Shown here in pieces: positions 10,503 to 21,542 of a stretch of 64,000 nt of DNA; the stretch's first letter is position 1; every line of letters starts with the position of its first letter. Below the pieces are notes generated by a model. It was given only the letters and a program-made list of their open reading frames with translations. It was not told the origin of the DNA and ran no database searches. Source of the DNA: Nitrososphaeraceae archaeon (GTDB lineage: Archaea; Thermoproteota; Nitrososphaeria; Nitrososphaerales; Nitrososphaeraceae); assembly GCA_035297365.1 (NCBI GenBank), contig DATGZA010000011.1, positions 64,001-128,000 of the forward strand, read 5' to 3'. The position numbers and the translations under genes are program-made.

Positions 10503-11063
10503 TTAGATATCTTTTATTTTCCATGCATAATTAAAGTTATTTTGCACAATATCGTTGTAATATCTTTGTGTCAGTTCTATTGATCTATTGCAATTTTCTG
10601 TAACGCGTGCAATAAGTCTATTTATGAAATTTGTTAAATTACCTGTATAATCTTGTATTTTTTTTATCTATTGTATTATGTGTTTCCTGATATCTTTCTG
10701 GAATATTGAAAATTTTCCATGAATTATTGATTGATGTCGGGTCCAATTTTTTCTTTATATTATGGTATGATTGAATATTTTTTTCCATATAGTTGCAAAT
10801 AAAATATAAGATTCAATACCTATCCTCCATTTTCGTTACTAAATATTTTTATCTAAAATAGTTATATGATGTTGAATCATTTTATAATTTGGTTGTGATT
10901 CTTCTGAAATTTTATTGATATTTAAGGGATTTTTTATCAGAAGATCTAATACAATTGTTGCCTCCTCTAGCCTCTGCAAAAAGAAACCATAACAATCGAA
11001 TTATATCGGGATCAGGTATTGAGCATCAACAACAGTAGATAAGAATTACTTAAAAAGTTATTT

Positions 11064-11399
11064 TTAAACTACTCTTACTTCTTTTCCTTCTTTTATCATA
11101 TTGCCGACGCTTACATCACCAGGACCACTACTTGATACTGTGTTTGATTTGATTAATTTCTCTTTAACCTGAAAAAAGTCGGTACAAAAAATACACACTA
11201 TTTTCAGGATCCCTTTTTCAATAACTTCATTATATAATGGTTTTATAAATTCGTGTATTTCACTATCTACAATTTTAGCTCCTTCTCCATCCAAAATAAG
11301 TTCAGATTCTATTCCATTTATATCCAAATCCAATACATATTCATATGCATGTAATGTTCTTGCAATGTCAGATGGTTGTGCTAATGCAACAACTACCAC
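11064..11399 (-). CDS. DsrE-like small protein
   Basis: ELILDGEGA, VCIFC pattern and size fit a DsrE/F-like fold. Confidence 0.5.
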   Translation of the reverse strand: MVVVALAQPSDIARTLHAYEYVLDLDINGIESELILDGEGAKIVDSEIHEFIKPLYNEVIEKGILKIVCIFCTDFFQVKEKLIKSNTVSSSGPGDVSVGNMIKEGKEVRVV

Positions 11400-11654
11400 A
11401 TTCTTTTCATTTTTAATTTCTTCTGTTGTATCTATAATATAGATTGGTATATTTTACTAATATTTAGGTCGGAATAAGATTTTAATTTTTAATACCAAAT
11501 TGGAAATTTCGTAATTTTTATCTAAAATATTTTTTGTTCTATGTATATAAAAATAGAAATAAAGATTGTTTTTTTATTATCTAAGTTGCACATCGATTCA
11601 TTATTCTTTACGATTTTATAAAGAATAACTAATTAGTATGCCATTGCTTGATTT

Positions 11655-12611
11655 TTGTTAGGAATGTCTGTTTTCAATAGATACTATTATAGAATGTTTA
11701 AACCAAAACATTTGACATTAGGGGTAATATTTGCAATTGAAGCTTATGAAGGAGCAATTCCTAAAATGGAAAGACAGGTAGAGTTGGCTCAACGTGTAGA
11801 AGAGCTAGAATTTTCAGCATTATGGTTTCGCGATGTTCCATTATATGATCCTGGATTTGGAGATGTAGGACAAATTTATGATCCATGGGTTTATCTTGGA
11901 TATATTGCTGCACAAACAAAGACTATAGCTTTAGGAACTGCATCTATCATCTTTCCTTTAAGGCATCCAATTGACTTGGCAAAAGCAGCTTTTTCTGTTG
12001 ACCAATTAAGTAATGGACGATTGATACTCGGGATAGCATGTGGAGATAGACCTATTGAGTATCCAGCCTATGGAGTAGACTTTGAGATTAGAGATGTACT
12101 TTTTAGAGAAGGCGTTAATGATTTTCGCCGATTATCTGAAAGTTTTCCAAAATATCATTCGAAATTTGGATTATTAAATGGAGAAGTTGATCTTTTACCA
12201 AAACCTACATCTAGAAAACTACCATTATTTGTTACCGGAAATAGTAGGCAAACTATTGATTGGATTGCTGAAAATTCAGATGGATGGTTAATGTATCCTA
12301 GAGAAGTTCTTTTGCAACAACGTGTTATAACTAATTGGAATAATGCAGTCAAAAAAACTGGAAGTAGTTTTAAACCTTTTACTGAGTCATTATACATAGA
12401 CTTGACTAAAGACCCTGATGCCAATTTCGAGCGAATTCATCTTGGATACAGATTAGGAAGAAACAAATTATTTAAACATCTGATGAATCTAAAGGAAATT
12501 GGTGTAAATCATGTCCTTTTTAATCTTAAATATAGTAAGCGTCCTGCAGATGAAGTGTTAGAAGAACTCGGAAAATTCATAATACCATATTTTCCTCCTT
12601 TGAATGGATAA
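11655..12611 (+). CDS. Luciferase-like (LLM class) oxidoreductase
   Basis: ALWFRDVPL..P.FGDVGQIYDPWVYLGYIA, LRHPI, GDRPIEYPAYG. Confidence 0.9.
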   Translation: MLGMSVFNRYYYRMFKPKHLTLGVIFAIEAYEGAIPKMERQVELAQRVEELEFSALWFRDVPLYDPGFGDVGQIYDPWVYLGYIAAQTKTIALGTASIIFPLRHPIDLAKAAFSVDQLSNGRLILGIACGDRPIEYPAYGVDFEIRDVLFREGVNDFRRLSESFPKYHSKFGLLNGEVDLLPKPTSRKLPLFVTGNSRQTIDWIAENSDGWLMYPREVLLQQRVITNWNNAVKKTGSSFKPFTESLYIDLTKDPDANFERIHLGYRLGRNKLFKHLMNLKEIGVNHVLFNLKYSKRPADEVLEELGKFIIPYFPPLNG

Positions 12612-13028
12612 ATTTTCAGGTAATAGAAAATATGTGACAAGCCAAAATTCATCATGTAAGTTGTTATACTATTTCTTCCTAATCTCTCGTATAAATATTC
12701 AGATACTGCATCTTTTTGTTTTTCTATATTGGTATAGAATCTATTTACATATATATTCAATTTTATATTATGATTTGCTTTCATTTCATTTGGATTTATG
12801 GAGTCATCTTTGGAAGATGTATTACAAGTAAAGGCAGAATATTTACAATATATACAATGAAACGACTTTTTTATATATATATCCATTTTATAAAATTCCA
12901 AAATATTTTTATAAAATTTTAAAAGTGTTCTAAATAGAAGAATAAACTAATTATAAAATAAAAATTTTATTGTAATAGTTTTTCTATTTCATTTTAGGAC
13001 TGACAACTGACTCCCGGCAGGCATATTT

Positions 13029-13211
13029 TCAAGATTTTTTAATTTTAGCTTTTATCTTTTCCTGCATTTCAGGCTTCATCACATATTCACGAGTGTAGCC
13101 GTGGTCCTTAATTGCATGATCAACCAAATTATTCATTAATTCTTCTTCTGTTTCGCCAGTTCCTCTGAAATCACAGTCTACTCCAACATCTCTACATGAC
13201 ACAGATAACAT
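13029..13211 (-). CDS. DUF1059 family small metal-binding protein
   Basis: SCRDVGVDCDF...GETEEEL...HAIKDHG. Confidence 0.85.
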   Translation of the reverse strand: MLSVSCRDVGVDCDFRGTGETEEELMNNLVDHAIKDHGYTREYVMKPEMQEKIKAKIKKS

Positions 13212-13245
13212 TGCAAAGATTATGATTGCATTCTATTTAAGTTTA

Positions 13246-13259
13246 TGTCCTCGAGGACA
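13246..13259. promoter_or_regulatory. Perfect 14-bp palindrome TGTCCTCGAGGACA upstream of the DUF1059 gene
   Basis: 35-48 bp upstream of the start, next to a TATA-like CTTAAATAG on the minus strand. Confidence 0.4.
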
Positions 13260-13541
13260 ATAAAAAGAAGGACAAGGATGATGATTAAGACTACTTCTGA
13301 TAAATCTATAATCTTCTATAACAATCGCAATCGCAATATTAACTTGCTAAAATAAAGTAAATTAGTTTAGATGTTAATCATACATCTTTAGATTTTTGTC
13401 GTGTGTAAAAATAAATATAAGTATATAGCATACAATGTTCACAGAATGGTCAAGTTGGTTTTTATGACGATAGTTTCTACAAAGCCAAAGATGTTTGTAA
13501 TCTATTAATATTCAATTGTTATTTAAAAAAATCGATCGAGT

Positions 13542-13790
13542 CTACGCTGTCACAAGTTCATTACTTTTTATTTTTTCATAAAATTCCTTACTATCTATAT
13601 CCTGAGTAATCCATAAGTAGTTTGAATCTTGTCTTGAATTACTATCATCAATTTGTACAGCTTCTTCGTGTTTTACATCGTGATCCAGGATTTTTTTGTA
13701 TGAATTGATTCTATTTATTATTACGGATAGAATAGAAGGCCTTAATACTTGTGGATGAAAAAATTTTTTTTTATTCAACGACATATTCAT
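13542..13790 (-). CDS. Hypothetical protein
   Basis: 82-aa ORF with ATG and upstream TATA-like run. Confidence 0.4.
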   Translation of the reverse strand: MNMSLNKKKFFHPQVLRPSILSVIINRINSYKKILDHDVKHEEAVQIDDSNSRQDSNYLWITQDIDSKEFYEKIKSNELVTA

Positions 13791-14657
13791 TTACATATGT
13801 TAATTCCTTAAAGTGACTTATAAATATGATTATACTAGGTTCCTAGATATAAAAAAAAAGTTCCTCTGTAATAGTATTTTATCGTAATTAATCAAACTAC
13901 GGTTTGATCCTTTAATCTAATCGTAATTCAAAACCATTTAGAAATAAGATATTATTTTTGGTTATCATGTTGTATGGATTGAAGAATAATAGTTGCGATT
14001 GTAGACATATTATATATTAAAAGTTCTTGCTTATAGCGGACCTATTAATTTAGAGAATAAATGTATTAGTAATGTCGCTATAGTAATAGATTAATTTAAT
14101 TCAGCAAATATCATATGATAAACGAAAACCAATCTTAATTCATTAGCAAGAGTTTCGAAATTGATATTCAATTACAGATCTCATATAATATTTTACTGTT
14201 GGTACATGTATGTTATAAAAATAAATATTTTTGTGCCATGATCTAGATTGCATTTCTGTTTGTGTATATTTTTACTATATCTTTATGATTACAATTATCC
14301 ATTACAATTATCCTTATTCATAACAATTGCAAAAATGGATGTGATAGATATCATCAATACTATTACTACTATTATTATAATTACTTCTACTCTTGACTCC
14401 TACTTGCTCTTGTTCTAACTTCATACCACTATGCGAAGAGTCTAATCCAGTTATTTTTTCTGTATAATCGCCTTCAACTGCTACAACATACCATCCCTGT
14501 TTTTTCTAATATTATGTCTATTATTTTTTCCTCATCAAAACCAGATTTAGTAAATACTTATACCATGATTTTTTTGAAGTCGATTCAGGATATCTAGTAT
14601 CAGGATAGGATCTACTTTTTCAAAAAAAAGTTTTTTTAGGTCATTATTATTTTCTCT

Positions 14658-15266
14658 TTAGTAATCTAAACTCTGATTATAACTTCCAATATGAGTCTCA
14701 GGAGTTGATGATTTATTGACCATATCAGGATGTTGCACTATTGGAACTTGTGGCGGGAAAGCGGGAAGTTTATCATTTGGATCCCAGGTTAAAATTACTT
14801 TACCATAGGAATCTTCAATCATTTTCAATACTTTTTTCTCATCTTCTGCAGATAACATAGGGAAGTGAGGGTCTGCTCTATTTGGAGCAAATTCTGTTAC
14901 ATGATAATGCCAGTATGGTTTTTCTCTTTCTGGAAGTTTTTTATAATCTTCTGGTGTTATCATGTATTCTATTCCTATTAAAGTAGCATTCTTTTGATTA
15001 GCATCAAATAGAGTACATACTGCCATTATGATATGATGAGGAGTACAATAATGCCATACTCTTAAAGTAGGATCATCAAATACATGTCTTACAGCAGTCA
15101 ATGGGCCGGCTTTAAGTACTAAATTTGTATCATTAGATGTTTGTTGTTGTTGTGCAAATACTTTGCTGTTATTGTTGTCATCTGTATTTATTAATCCAAT
15201 TCCAATAGTTAATGTTATTCCTAAAATGCTCAAAAAGAGTAATAGATGTGTAGATTTTTCTAGCAT
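14658..15266 (-). CDS. DUF1264/OBAP-like secreted protein
   Basis: HYC...CTLFD...A.LIGIEYMI....Y..LP..EK.YWH.H..E; signal-peptide-like N-terminus. Confidence 0.75.
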   Translation of the reverse strand: MLEKSTHLLLFLSILGITLTIGIGLINTDDNNNSKVFAQQQQTSNDTNLVLKAGPLTAVRHVFDDPTLRVWHYCTPHHIIMAVCTLFDANQKNATLIGIEYMITPEDYKKLPEREKPYWHYHVTEFAPNRADPHFPMLSAEDEKKVLKMIEDSYGKVILTWDPNDKLPAFPPQVPIVQHPDMVNKSSTPETHIGSYNQSLDY

Positions 15267-15730
15267 CCAGATTTATTGTATAACGTATTATTTATCAAAT
15301 ATGTTTAGAGTGCATTGATCTGTACACCTATTTTATTAAAAGCATATAGTTTACTTGTCAAGTAATTATGATAGTTAATAGATTTATCATAAACCCCTAA
15401 AACTACTACACAGTTATATTTAGAATAAGTAAAAAAATACGACGAGTACCTTCGTAAGAAATCTCAACAGGAAAGAGTTAGTGTTATTACCATAGCAAAT
15501 AAAATTTTTGAAGAATATATTGACTGGCAACAATTTATAGAAAAATTTGGAACTATAGTTTTGAGAACCATTTTTCATGTTAATTGAAATAATACGTGAC
15601 AATATAATGTTTGTAAAAATAAAACTCAAATGTTCAACATAATAGAAATTGATCGGTTAAATACATTGGCAATGAAAAGTGAAAAGAATAATAAACTGAA
15701 AAAATAGTGCAAATTTTAAACAGTATATAA

Positions 15731-17029
15731 TTAATGTCCAAGATGTTCAGCACCTTGAAATGTTATGAATTGATGAATTGCATTAAGTAATTCTTTGTCT
15801 TTAGTTTCCAGTATTAATGTTGCACCATTATTTATTTCATTTATACTATATTTTATAAAATCCTTCTTTTCACTCATTATTTTAGTACCTGGAACGTCTT
15901 GCGCATGTATATAAAAAGGCTTGGTAAAGTTTCCTGATGAGAATTGCTTTTGAATATCAGAAATATGATCTTTGATTTGCTTTATGGTCTCCACATCACT
16001 ATTATTTAATGCAGTTATCACTATTTCGCCTCCTGTAGTAGTTGACTTAAACTCATGTAATATTTTGCTTTGATTAAAGCCCATAACCATAGTCCCTCTT
16101 TCTAGCATTGATATTGATGTTGACTGGTTATTGGTATCGTGTGCAGTAACGGTTGTTGAGTTTGTTAGTACGATCGCTTGACCTATCATCCAGGGATGAA
16201 TAGTACAATAATAATTGTAAGTTCCCTCTTTACCAAATATGTACGAAAAAGATTGACCTCTTGAAAGCATACCGGAATCAAATCTTAAAGCAGTATCTAT
16301 ACCTTCAGATAAAGGTCTTTGTGTTACGGTATGTAGATTACGATCATTGTTGGTCCATACTACCATCTGATCTTCTTTAAGATATATAGGATTTGGTTGA
16401 AAAGCATCAGTTGTATGTGAGGCTGCTCCTAACACTATTGATGTATATATTGTGTTATCACCATCAGCAGTTATTTGATTATTTCTCGGCATAGAAAAAT
16501 TACTTTTCGAACTTTCTTGCTGTTGTCCACCCTCCACCATCATATGATGATGTTTGCGATCCATAATAGATGGTTGTTGTCCACCCATCATCATCGGAGC
16601 CATCATCATACAGGGGATCATACTCATCATAGTCTGATTTCCCATCATCATCGGCGCCATCATCATACAGGGCATTGTCATACCTTGTCCCATTCCCATC
16701 ATCATCGATCCCATCATAGGCCATTGTTGTCCACCCATCATCATACCAGTATTATTCATCTGTTTCATCATTATATTTATCTTGCTGGGGTCAGTCATCA
16801 TATTCTGGTTCTGTGTTCCCATCATGTTATTCATCTGGTCTTTCGTAATTGGAGGATTTGCAAATACTGATTCTGTGTCTTTATAACTAGCAAGAAAAAC
16901 TATTACACTAAATACACATACCATAAAAAAGAGAATCAAGTATCTGCTATTCATATTATTAAAATTGATATTCATTAGATTGACAAAATCAACATTATAT
17001 AAAAAGATGTAGCTTATATTGTATAACAT
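15731..17029 (-). CDS. Exported Met-rich cupredoxin (plastocyanin/azurin-like) multidomain protein
   Basis: HTVT...FDSG...YYCTIHPWM type-1 copper motif; Met/His-rich tract; extra C-terminal domain. Confidence 0.85.
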   Translation of the reverse strand: MLYNISYIFLYNVDFVNLMNINFNNMNSRYLILFFMVCVFSVIVFLASYKDTESVFANPPITKDQMNNMMGTQNQNMMTDPSKINIMMKQMNNTGMMMGGQQWPMMGSMMMGMGQGMTMPCMMMAPMMMGNQTMMSMIPCMMMAPMMMGGQQPSIMDRKHHHMMVEGGQQQESSKSNFSMPRNNQITADGDNTIYTSIVLGAASHTTDAFQPNPIYLKEDQMVVWTNNDRNLHTVTQRPLSEGIDTALRFDSGMLSRGQSFSYIFGKEGTYNYYCTIHPWMIGQAIVLTNSTTVTAHDTNNQSTSISMLERGTMVMGFNQSKILHEFKSTTTGGEIVITALNNSDVETIKQIKDHISDIQKQFSSGNFTKPFYIHAQDVPGTKIMSEKKDFIKYSINEINNGATLILETKDKELLNAIHQFITFQGAEHLGH

Positions 17030-17373
17030 TATAATTTAATATTTTTAGAAGGTTGTCATACTGTACCATCCAAATCCAAAACCTAACACCAACAATAACA
17101 ACGATAAAATTTTCTTTAGAGTGCAAGCAATATATCAAATTAAGGGAACCGAAATTTGTTATATAATAATTGTACGTTGAAAAGGAATAAGTGGTTTATG
17201 ATGAAACATCTTAGTGAGCAACACAAAGAAAAAACTGTAAATTGACCAAAGACAAATATAATACGAACAAGAAAAGGAAAATATCAAATGAACCTTTTTT
17301 TCTAATAATGGTACCTCCCTATCAATATACAAAACGAGTAAAACCCATATAGTCTTTTAGGATAAGTTAAATA

Positions 17374-18735
17374 TTGAGTTGGTCAGCATTTGCTAAATTA
17401 AGTAATATTGTTAATTTACTTTCTCAAAAATATATTTTTATTTTTATTGCGTTAGCATTGCTTATATATTTTGATTCTTCCTTTGTGAATCTTAGTGAAG
17501 CAATGCACCTACCTACAAATAAAATCTATCTTATAGACGTTTTCCTAATTTTTGTAACTATTTTTATTGTGATTAACGTTTTGTTAATATTTACAATAAA
17601 AAATATATTTTCAAAGAATTATCGTATTTTAGGAACTAGAATAAAAGTTTTGCAAAGTTTCATCGTTTTGTATCTAATAACAGTAAGTATATTGATTATG
17701 ATTCTCATATTTGAAATATTATTATTAGAAAGGTATAACATATATTTGATTTATTCGCTTCTGATTATCACACATTTTACTGCTATTTATTTTAGTGTCT
17801 GGGGCACAGAAAAATTCTTAAAATGGTTCAAGTCTACTAAAGATAAATTATTATTAGTCTATGTTATATCATTTATAACTTTTTCCGTCTTAATTACACT
17901 ATCGTTCTTGTATACTATTACCGAACTCCAGCACTTCCCTGAAACAATAATACCTGGAGACTTAAAAAGAATGATCCATGCAGTATCAATCAATCTATCT
18001 GAAATATACCCCTTTTATAGAATATCCTTTTTAGTAACTTTTTGTATTATATGGGTTTTAACTGCTTTTCTATTATATGACTATTATGGGAGAAACAATC
18101 CCTTAAAATTTTGGGCTATTTTATCTATTCCTATCATATTTTTCTTAATAGATTTTTTTCCGGTTACATTAAAACTTTTGACAAGTTTATATCTATTAAA
18201 TCCATCTCTCTTTTTACCTCTTTATATAATACCTTCTACCATTGCTACCTTTATTGGTGCAGCTATGGTTAGTATAACGTCATGGTTAGTAATAAGAAAA
18301 ATAGAAAATAAAGTATTTAAAAATTATTTGATATTAGTCACACTTGGACTATTACTTATTCTTACATCTACTCAAGAAACTCTATTTCCTCGTTTTCTCT
18401 TTCCTCCATTTGGACTTATTACAATTCTCTTTGTAGGTTTAGCAATTTATTTACTGTTTATAGGATTCTATTCTGCATCACTTCATATTAGTAGAGATAC
18501 GGCTTTAGTCAGAAATTTTGCTAATAGAATTTACCAATATGAATTTTTTAGAAGTATTGCAAAATCACAATTAGAACAAGATATCAAAAATATAATACCT
18601 ATCGTCTTACAAAGTAAAGAATTTAATCTACAGAAACCCGAAAGCCTAGGACGGGATCTAAGAAAAGAAGAAATAGAAAAACTCTTTCAAATTGTTAGAA
18701 GACAGTTAGAAGATAAATTATCAGATAATAAATAA
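17374..18735 (+). CDS. Polytopic membrane protein with soluble C-terminal tail, paralog of 27370..28734
   Basis: About 10 hydrophobic segments; FPPFGL..SRD..L..FFRSIA motif near the C-terminus. Confidence 0.75.
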   Translation: MSWSAFAKLSNIVNLLSQKYIFIFIALALLIYFDSSFVNLSEAMHLPTNKIYLIDVFLIFVTIFIVINVLLIFTIKNIFSKNYRILGTRIKVLQSFIVLYLITVSILIMILIFEILLLERYNIYLIYSLLIITHFTAIYFSVWGTEKFLKWFKSTKDKLLLVYVISFITFSVLITLSFLYTITELQHFPETIIPGDLKRMIHAVSINLSEIYPFYRISFLVTFCIIWVLTAFLLYDYYGRNNPLKFWAILSIPIIFFLIDFFPVTLKLLTSLYLLNPSLFLPLYIIPSTIATFIGAAMVSITSWLVIRKIENKVFKNYLILVTLGLLLILTSTQETLFPRFLFPPFGLITILFVGLAIYLLFIGFYSASLHISRDTALVRNFANRIYQYEFFRSIAKSQLEQDIKNIIPIVLQSKEFNLQKPESLGRDLRKEEIEKLFQIVRRQLEDKLSDNK

Positions 18736-18821
18736 CGATAATGAATGGAGTATTAACAGAAACTTTTATCTAATCCTAAAAAGAGAAAAACTTAATATCA
18801 AAAATAAAATATAGATGATAC

Positions 18822-19547
18822 ATGAAAATATTTAACAAAATAATATTCATATCATTACTTTTGATTAATATCCCTGGCTCGTTTTTTTCATTTACAATTG
18901 TCTCAGCATTAGAATCGACAAGTGATTACGTCTTTGAACCGGACTCTAAACCTTATGGTCACACATATGGCGAATGGGAAGCAAAATTTTGGGGGTTGCA
19001 TGTTAATCTTCAACCAGACAAATCCCCTGCTTCGCCTTATTACAAACCTACTGAATGTCTAATATTGCAAGATGGGAATATGACTTTTCTTTCTGATTTT
19101 TACAGTGAAATTGAATACCGTAATTACGAATGTAAAATTTCTCAAACTCCAATTGTAATTCCTGCATTGACTGAAGGCTGTAGTTATGGAGAATTTGAAA
19201 GCCCAACTGATAAGATCATAGAAGATTGTATTAAGTCACATAACCCATATGCAGTGGTAAAAGTAACCATAGATGGAAAAGAAATACCCGATATTGATAG
19301 ATTCAGGATTACATCAGATTGGTTTATTTTGAATGTTACACAAAAAGATAATCCCTATGATATCAAACTTGGATCTCATAAAGCAAAAATAGATGCTATA
19401 ATGCCTATAGTAAAACCATTACCGTCTGGTGAACATGAAATTAGAACCGAGGTATTCCAAGATGTGCCATCCATAATTATGAGCGATGTTCCATTACATC
19501 GCGTAATAACATATAATTTAATGGTCGAACCAAATGTGAATAAATAA
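18822..19547 (+). CDS. Secreted Cys-containing protein, paralog of 26539..27258
   Basis: Signal peptide; DSKPYGHTYGEWEAKFW, VTIDGK, L.SG.H.I motifs. Confidence 0.8.
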   Translation: MKIFNKIIFISLLLINIPGSFFSFTIVSALESTSDYVFEPDSKPYGHTYGEWEAKFWGLHVNLQPDKSPASPYYKPTECLILQDGNMTFLSDFYSEIEYRNYECKISQTPIVIPALTEGCSYGEFESPTDKIIEDCIKSHNPYAVVKVTIDGKEIPDIDRFRITSDWFILNVTQKDNPYDIKLGSHKAKIDAIMPIVKPLPSGEHEIRTEVFQDVPSIIMSDVPLHRVITYNLMVEPNVNK

Positions 19548-19753
19548 TAACATTTTTATGAACAATCAAGAGCCTACATAGCCTAATGCTTTAAATGATA
19601 GAGTGAAAAAAGAAGAATTCAATAATCCTCTGATTCTATCAGTAAATTTGCTATATAAATTCTACAATGTTTAATATGATTTATTGAACTTTTTATAATA
19701 CATGTTCAATTTTATGCTTTAGACTTCCTTTCTCGTCAACTGATAGAGTTGGA

Positions 19754-19772
19754 AGCCGAGAGCGGAACTCGA
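19754..19772 (-). other. tRNA 3'-end-like fragment (Thr-like)
   Basis: Minus strand TCGAGT-TCCGC-TCTCGGC-T fits tRNA positions 55-73; no 5' half found. Confidence 0.4.
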
Positions 19773-19800
19773 CACCTGAACATTGCTATAATTATTAAGT

Positions 19801-19908
19801 ATTTCTGAATTATTGTGTTTCTACGAAATACTTTGCAAATCATTTGATGTATCAGAGCCTTGATAGTCAACGGGGTCCGAGGATAGTCAACTGTTTTTGA
19901 CACAATTT
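19801..19908 (+). repeat. Dispersed site A3 (long L2 + A)
   Basis: 60-bp left arm matches 31921-31979; GAGCCT-tgatagtcaac-GGGGTC-cgaggatagtcaactgtttttgacacaattt. Confidence 0.9.
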
Positions 19909-20133
19909 AATATTTCGAAAGAAATACTTTAAAGAATGACCGATTTTGATATAATTGATACCAATCTTATCTAAATAATAATACTAATGCCAGAAATGAC
20001 TAAAGCTAAAATCTGAAATTTTCTTTTAAAAGGAACTTTTAAATGAAAACTTGTAACAATCAACAAGAATGGAACCCGTAATATAGTTTCACTGTGATTT
20101 ATATTAAATAATAAGGTTAGTATTTTTTTTACT

Positions 20134-20200
20134 ATGGTGACATATAAGATATGCAGCTAAGGAAGCCAAACCAGCTCTAACATCTTTTTACTCTGAAAGA
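20134..20200 (+). pseudogene. 5' stub of an alcohol dehydrogenase gene like 41160..42209
   Basis: gatatgcagctaaggaagccaaa (20148-20170) is identical to 41176-41198; similarity continues to about 20200. Confidence 0.7.
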
Positions 20201-20349
20201 AATGATAATTTAATTCAAAACTATAACTATAATAATAATAATAAATTGATTTATCTAATAGAATTTTTATTGAATAATAAACTTAAGTCTATTTAGTAGG
20301 AAAAACGTAATACTCTAGGATAATAAGAAAAATATACTCTTCTTTCTAT

Positions 20350-20994
20350 TTGTATTTCTATATGGTTTCTAAAAATAAATTATACTATTATTATTATCTT
20401 GTTATTGATTTAGAAGGTTCTTCTTCGCAAAATATTCCATTAGATATTCAAATTGAGAAATTAGAAAAATTGAGACTCTGTGTTAGTAGAATTTTAAACT
20501 TTAACACAAGTAGACTACACCAAAAGAAAGTAAGATATATCAACTCAACAGGGGATGGTTATTTTATTATTTTTGATAAAGGAGAAGATGCATTGAGATT
20601 TTCAATTGATCTTCAAAAATATTTAAATGACCACAATAAGAAAATAAAAAACAAAAAATTTTATTCACAACAAGAAACTGATTCAAAAACAATTATAGTT
20701 AATACTGGAATTTCTTGTGGAATCGGTAAACCTCTTAAACAAATAGATGGACAAATAGCTTATTGGGGATCGGATGTTATATTGGCTCATAGGATTGCTG
20801 ATTATGCTAAAGGAGGTTATATATTATGTAGTTCTGATGTATACAAAAATATGAAAAATATTAATTTTGGTGAATTTGTAAATCTTGAATGTTCAACAAA
20901 TTTTAAACACAATTTAAAAACAGATGTATATTTATTTTATAATAAAGAAGATAAAGAAAAATTCGAGAATGTAAATATTCATCTTTTAAGATGA
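20350..20994 (+). CDS. Class III adenylate/guanylate cyclase domain protein
   Basis: VIDLEGSS, STGDGYF, NTGISCG, WGSDVILAHRI. Confidence 0.75.
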   Translation: MYFYMVSKNKLYYYYYLVIDLEGSSSQNIPLDIQIEKLEKLRLCVSRILNFNTSRLHQKKVRYINSTGDGYFIIFDKGEDALRFSIDLQKYLNDHNKKIKNKKFYSQQETDSKTIIVNTGISCGIGKPLKQIDGQIAYWGSDVILAHRIADYAKGGYILCSSDVYKNMKNINFGEFVNLECSTNFKHNLKTDVYLFYNKEDKEKFENVNIHLLR

Positions 20995-21542
20995 ATCAGT
21001 ATTTTTTTCGAATAACTTTAACAAAAAAGTACGGTTTAAATTCAAGAATTAAAGTAAAATTCTAAATTTTATTAATATAATATGTTTCATAATTTTGATC
21101 TACATTACTTTTCTTTAGTTTTAGGGTGTTAGATCCATTAATTATACTTGCAATATCTAGCAATGAATTTCATATTCAACTTCTTTATTTTTCATTTCGT
21201 TCTTTACAATGAAAGATTCTGCAAACGCTCAGTTTCCACCTTGCTAATTCTTATTCCATCGAATGAATAAATAATACTATATTTTTATCATCACTATCTA
21301 GTTGATAAGATAATGCAGTATTTCAAGGATAGAAGTGAATCTTTTGATGAATACTATCCCTGTAATAATAATTAAAATTGTGATCTAGAACATGTATATA
21401 ATTGGATAAAGATATTCGTATATGCATATAATACAACCAATACAACAACAACAACAAATAAGATTCCATTTTTTTGTGGAAGGAAATCGATTATCCTTAA
21501 ATTAACGGGACGTGCATCTCAATAGAAATCCTTATATAGTTA

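Noticed and set aside
12509-12922. Overlapping short AT-rich ORFs (also 15420..15629, 45568..45795, 55089..55271, 61377..61565)
   Set aside because: No recognisable motifs; composition fits chance ORFs in AT-rich spacers.
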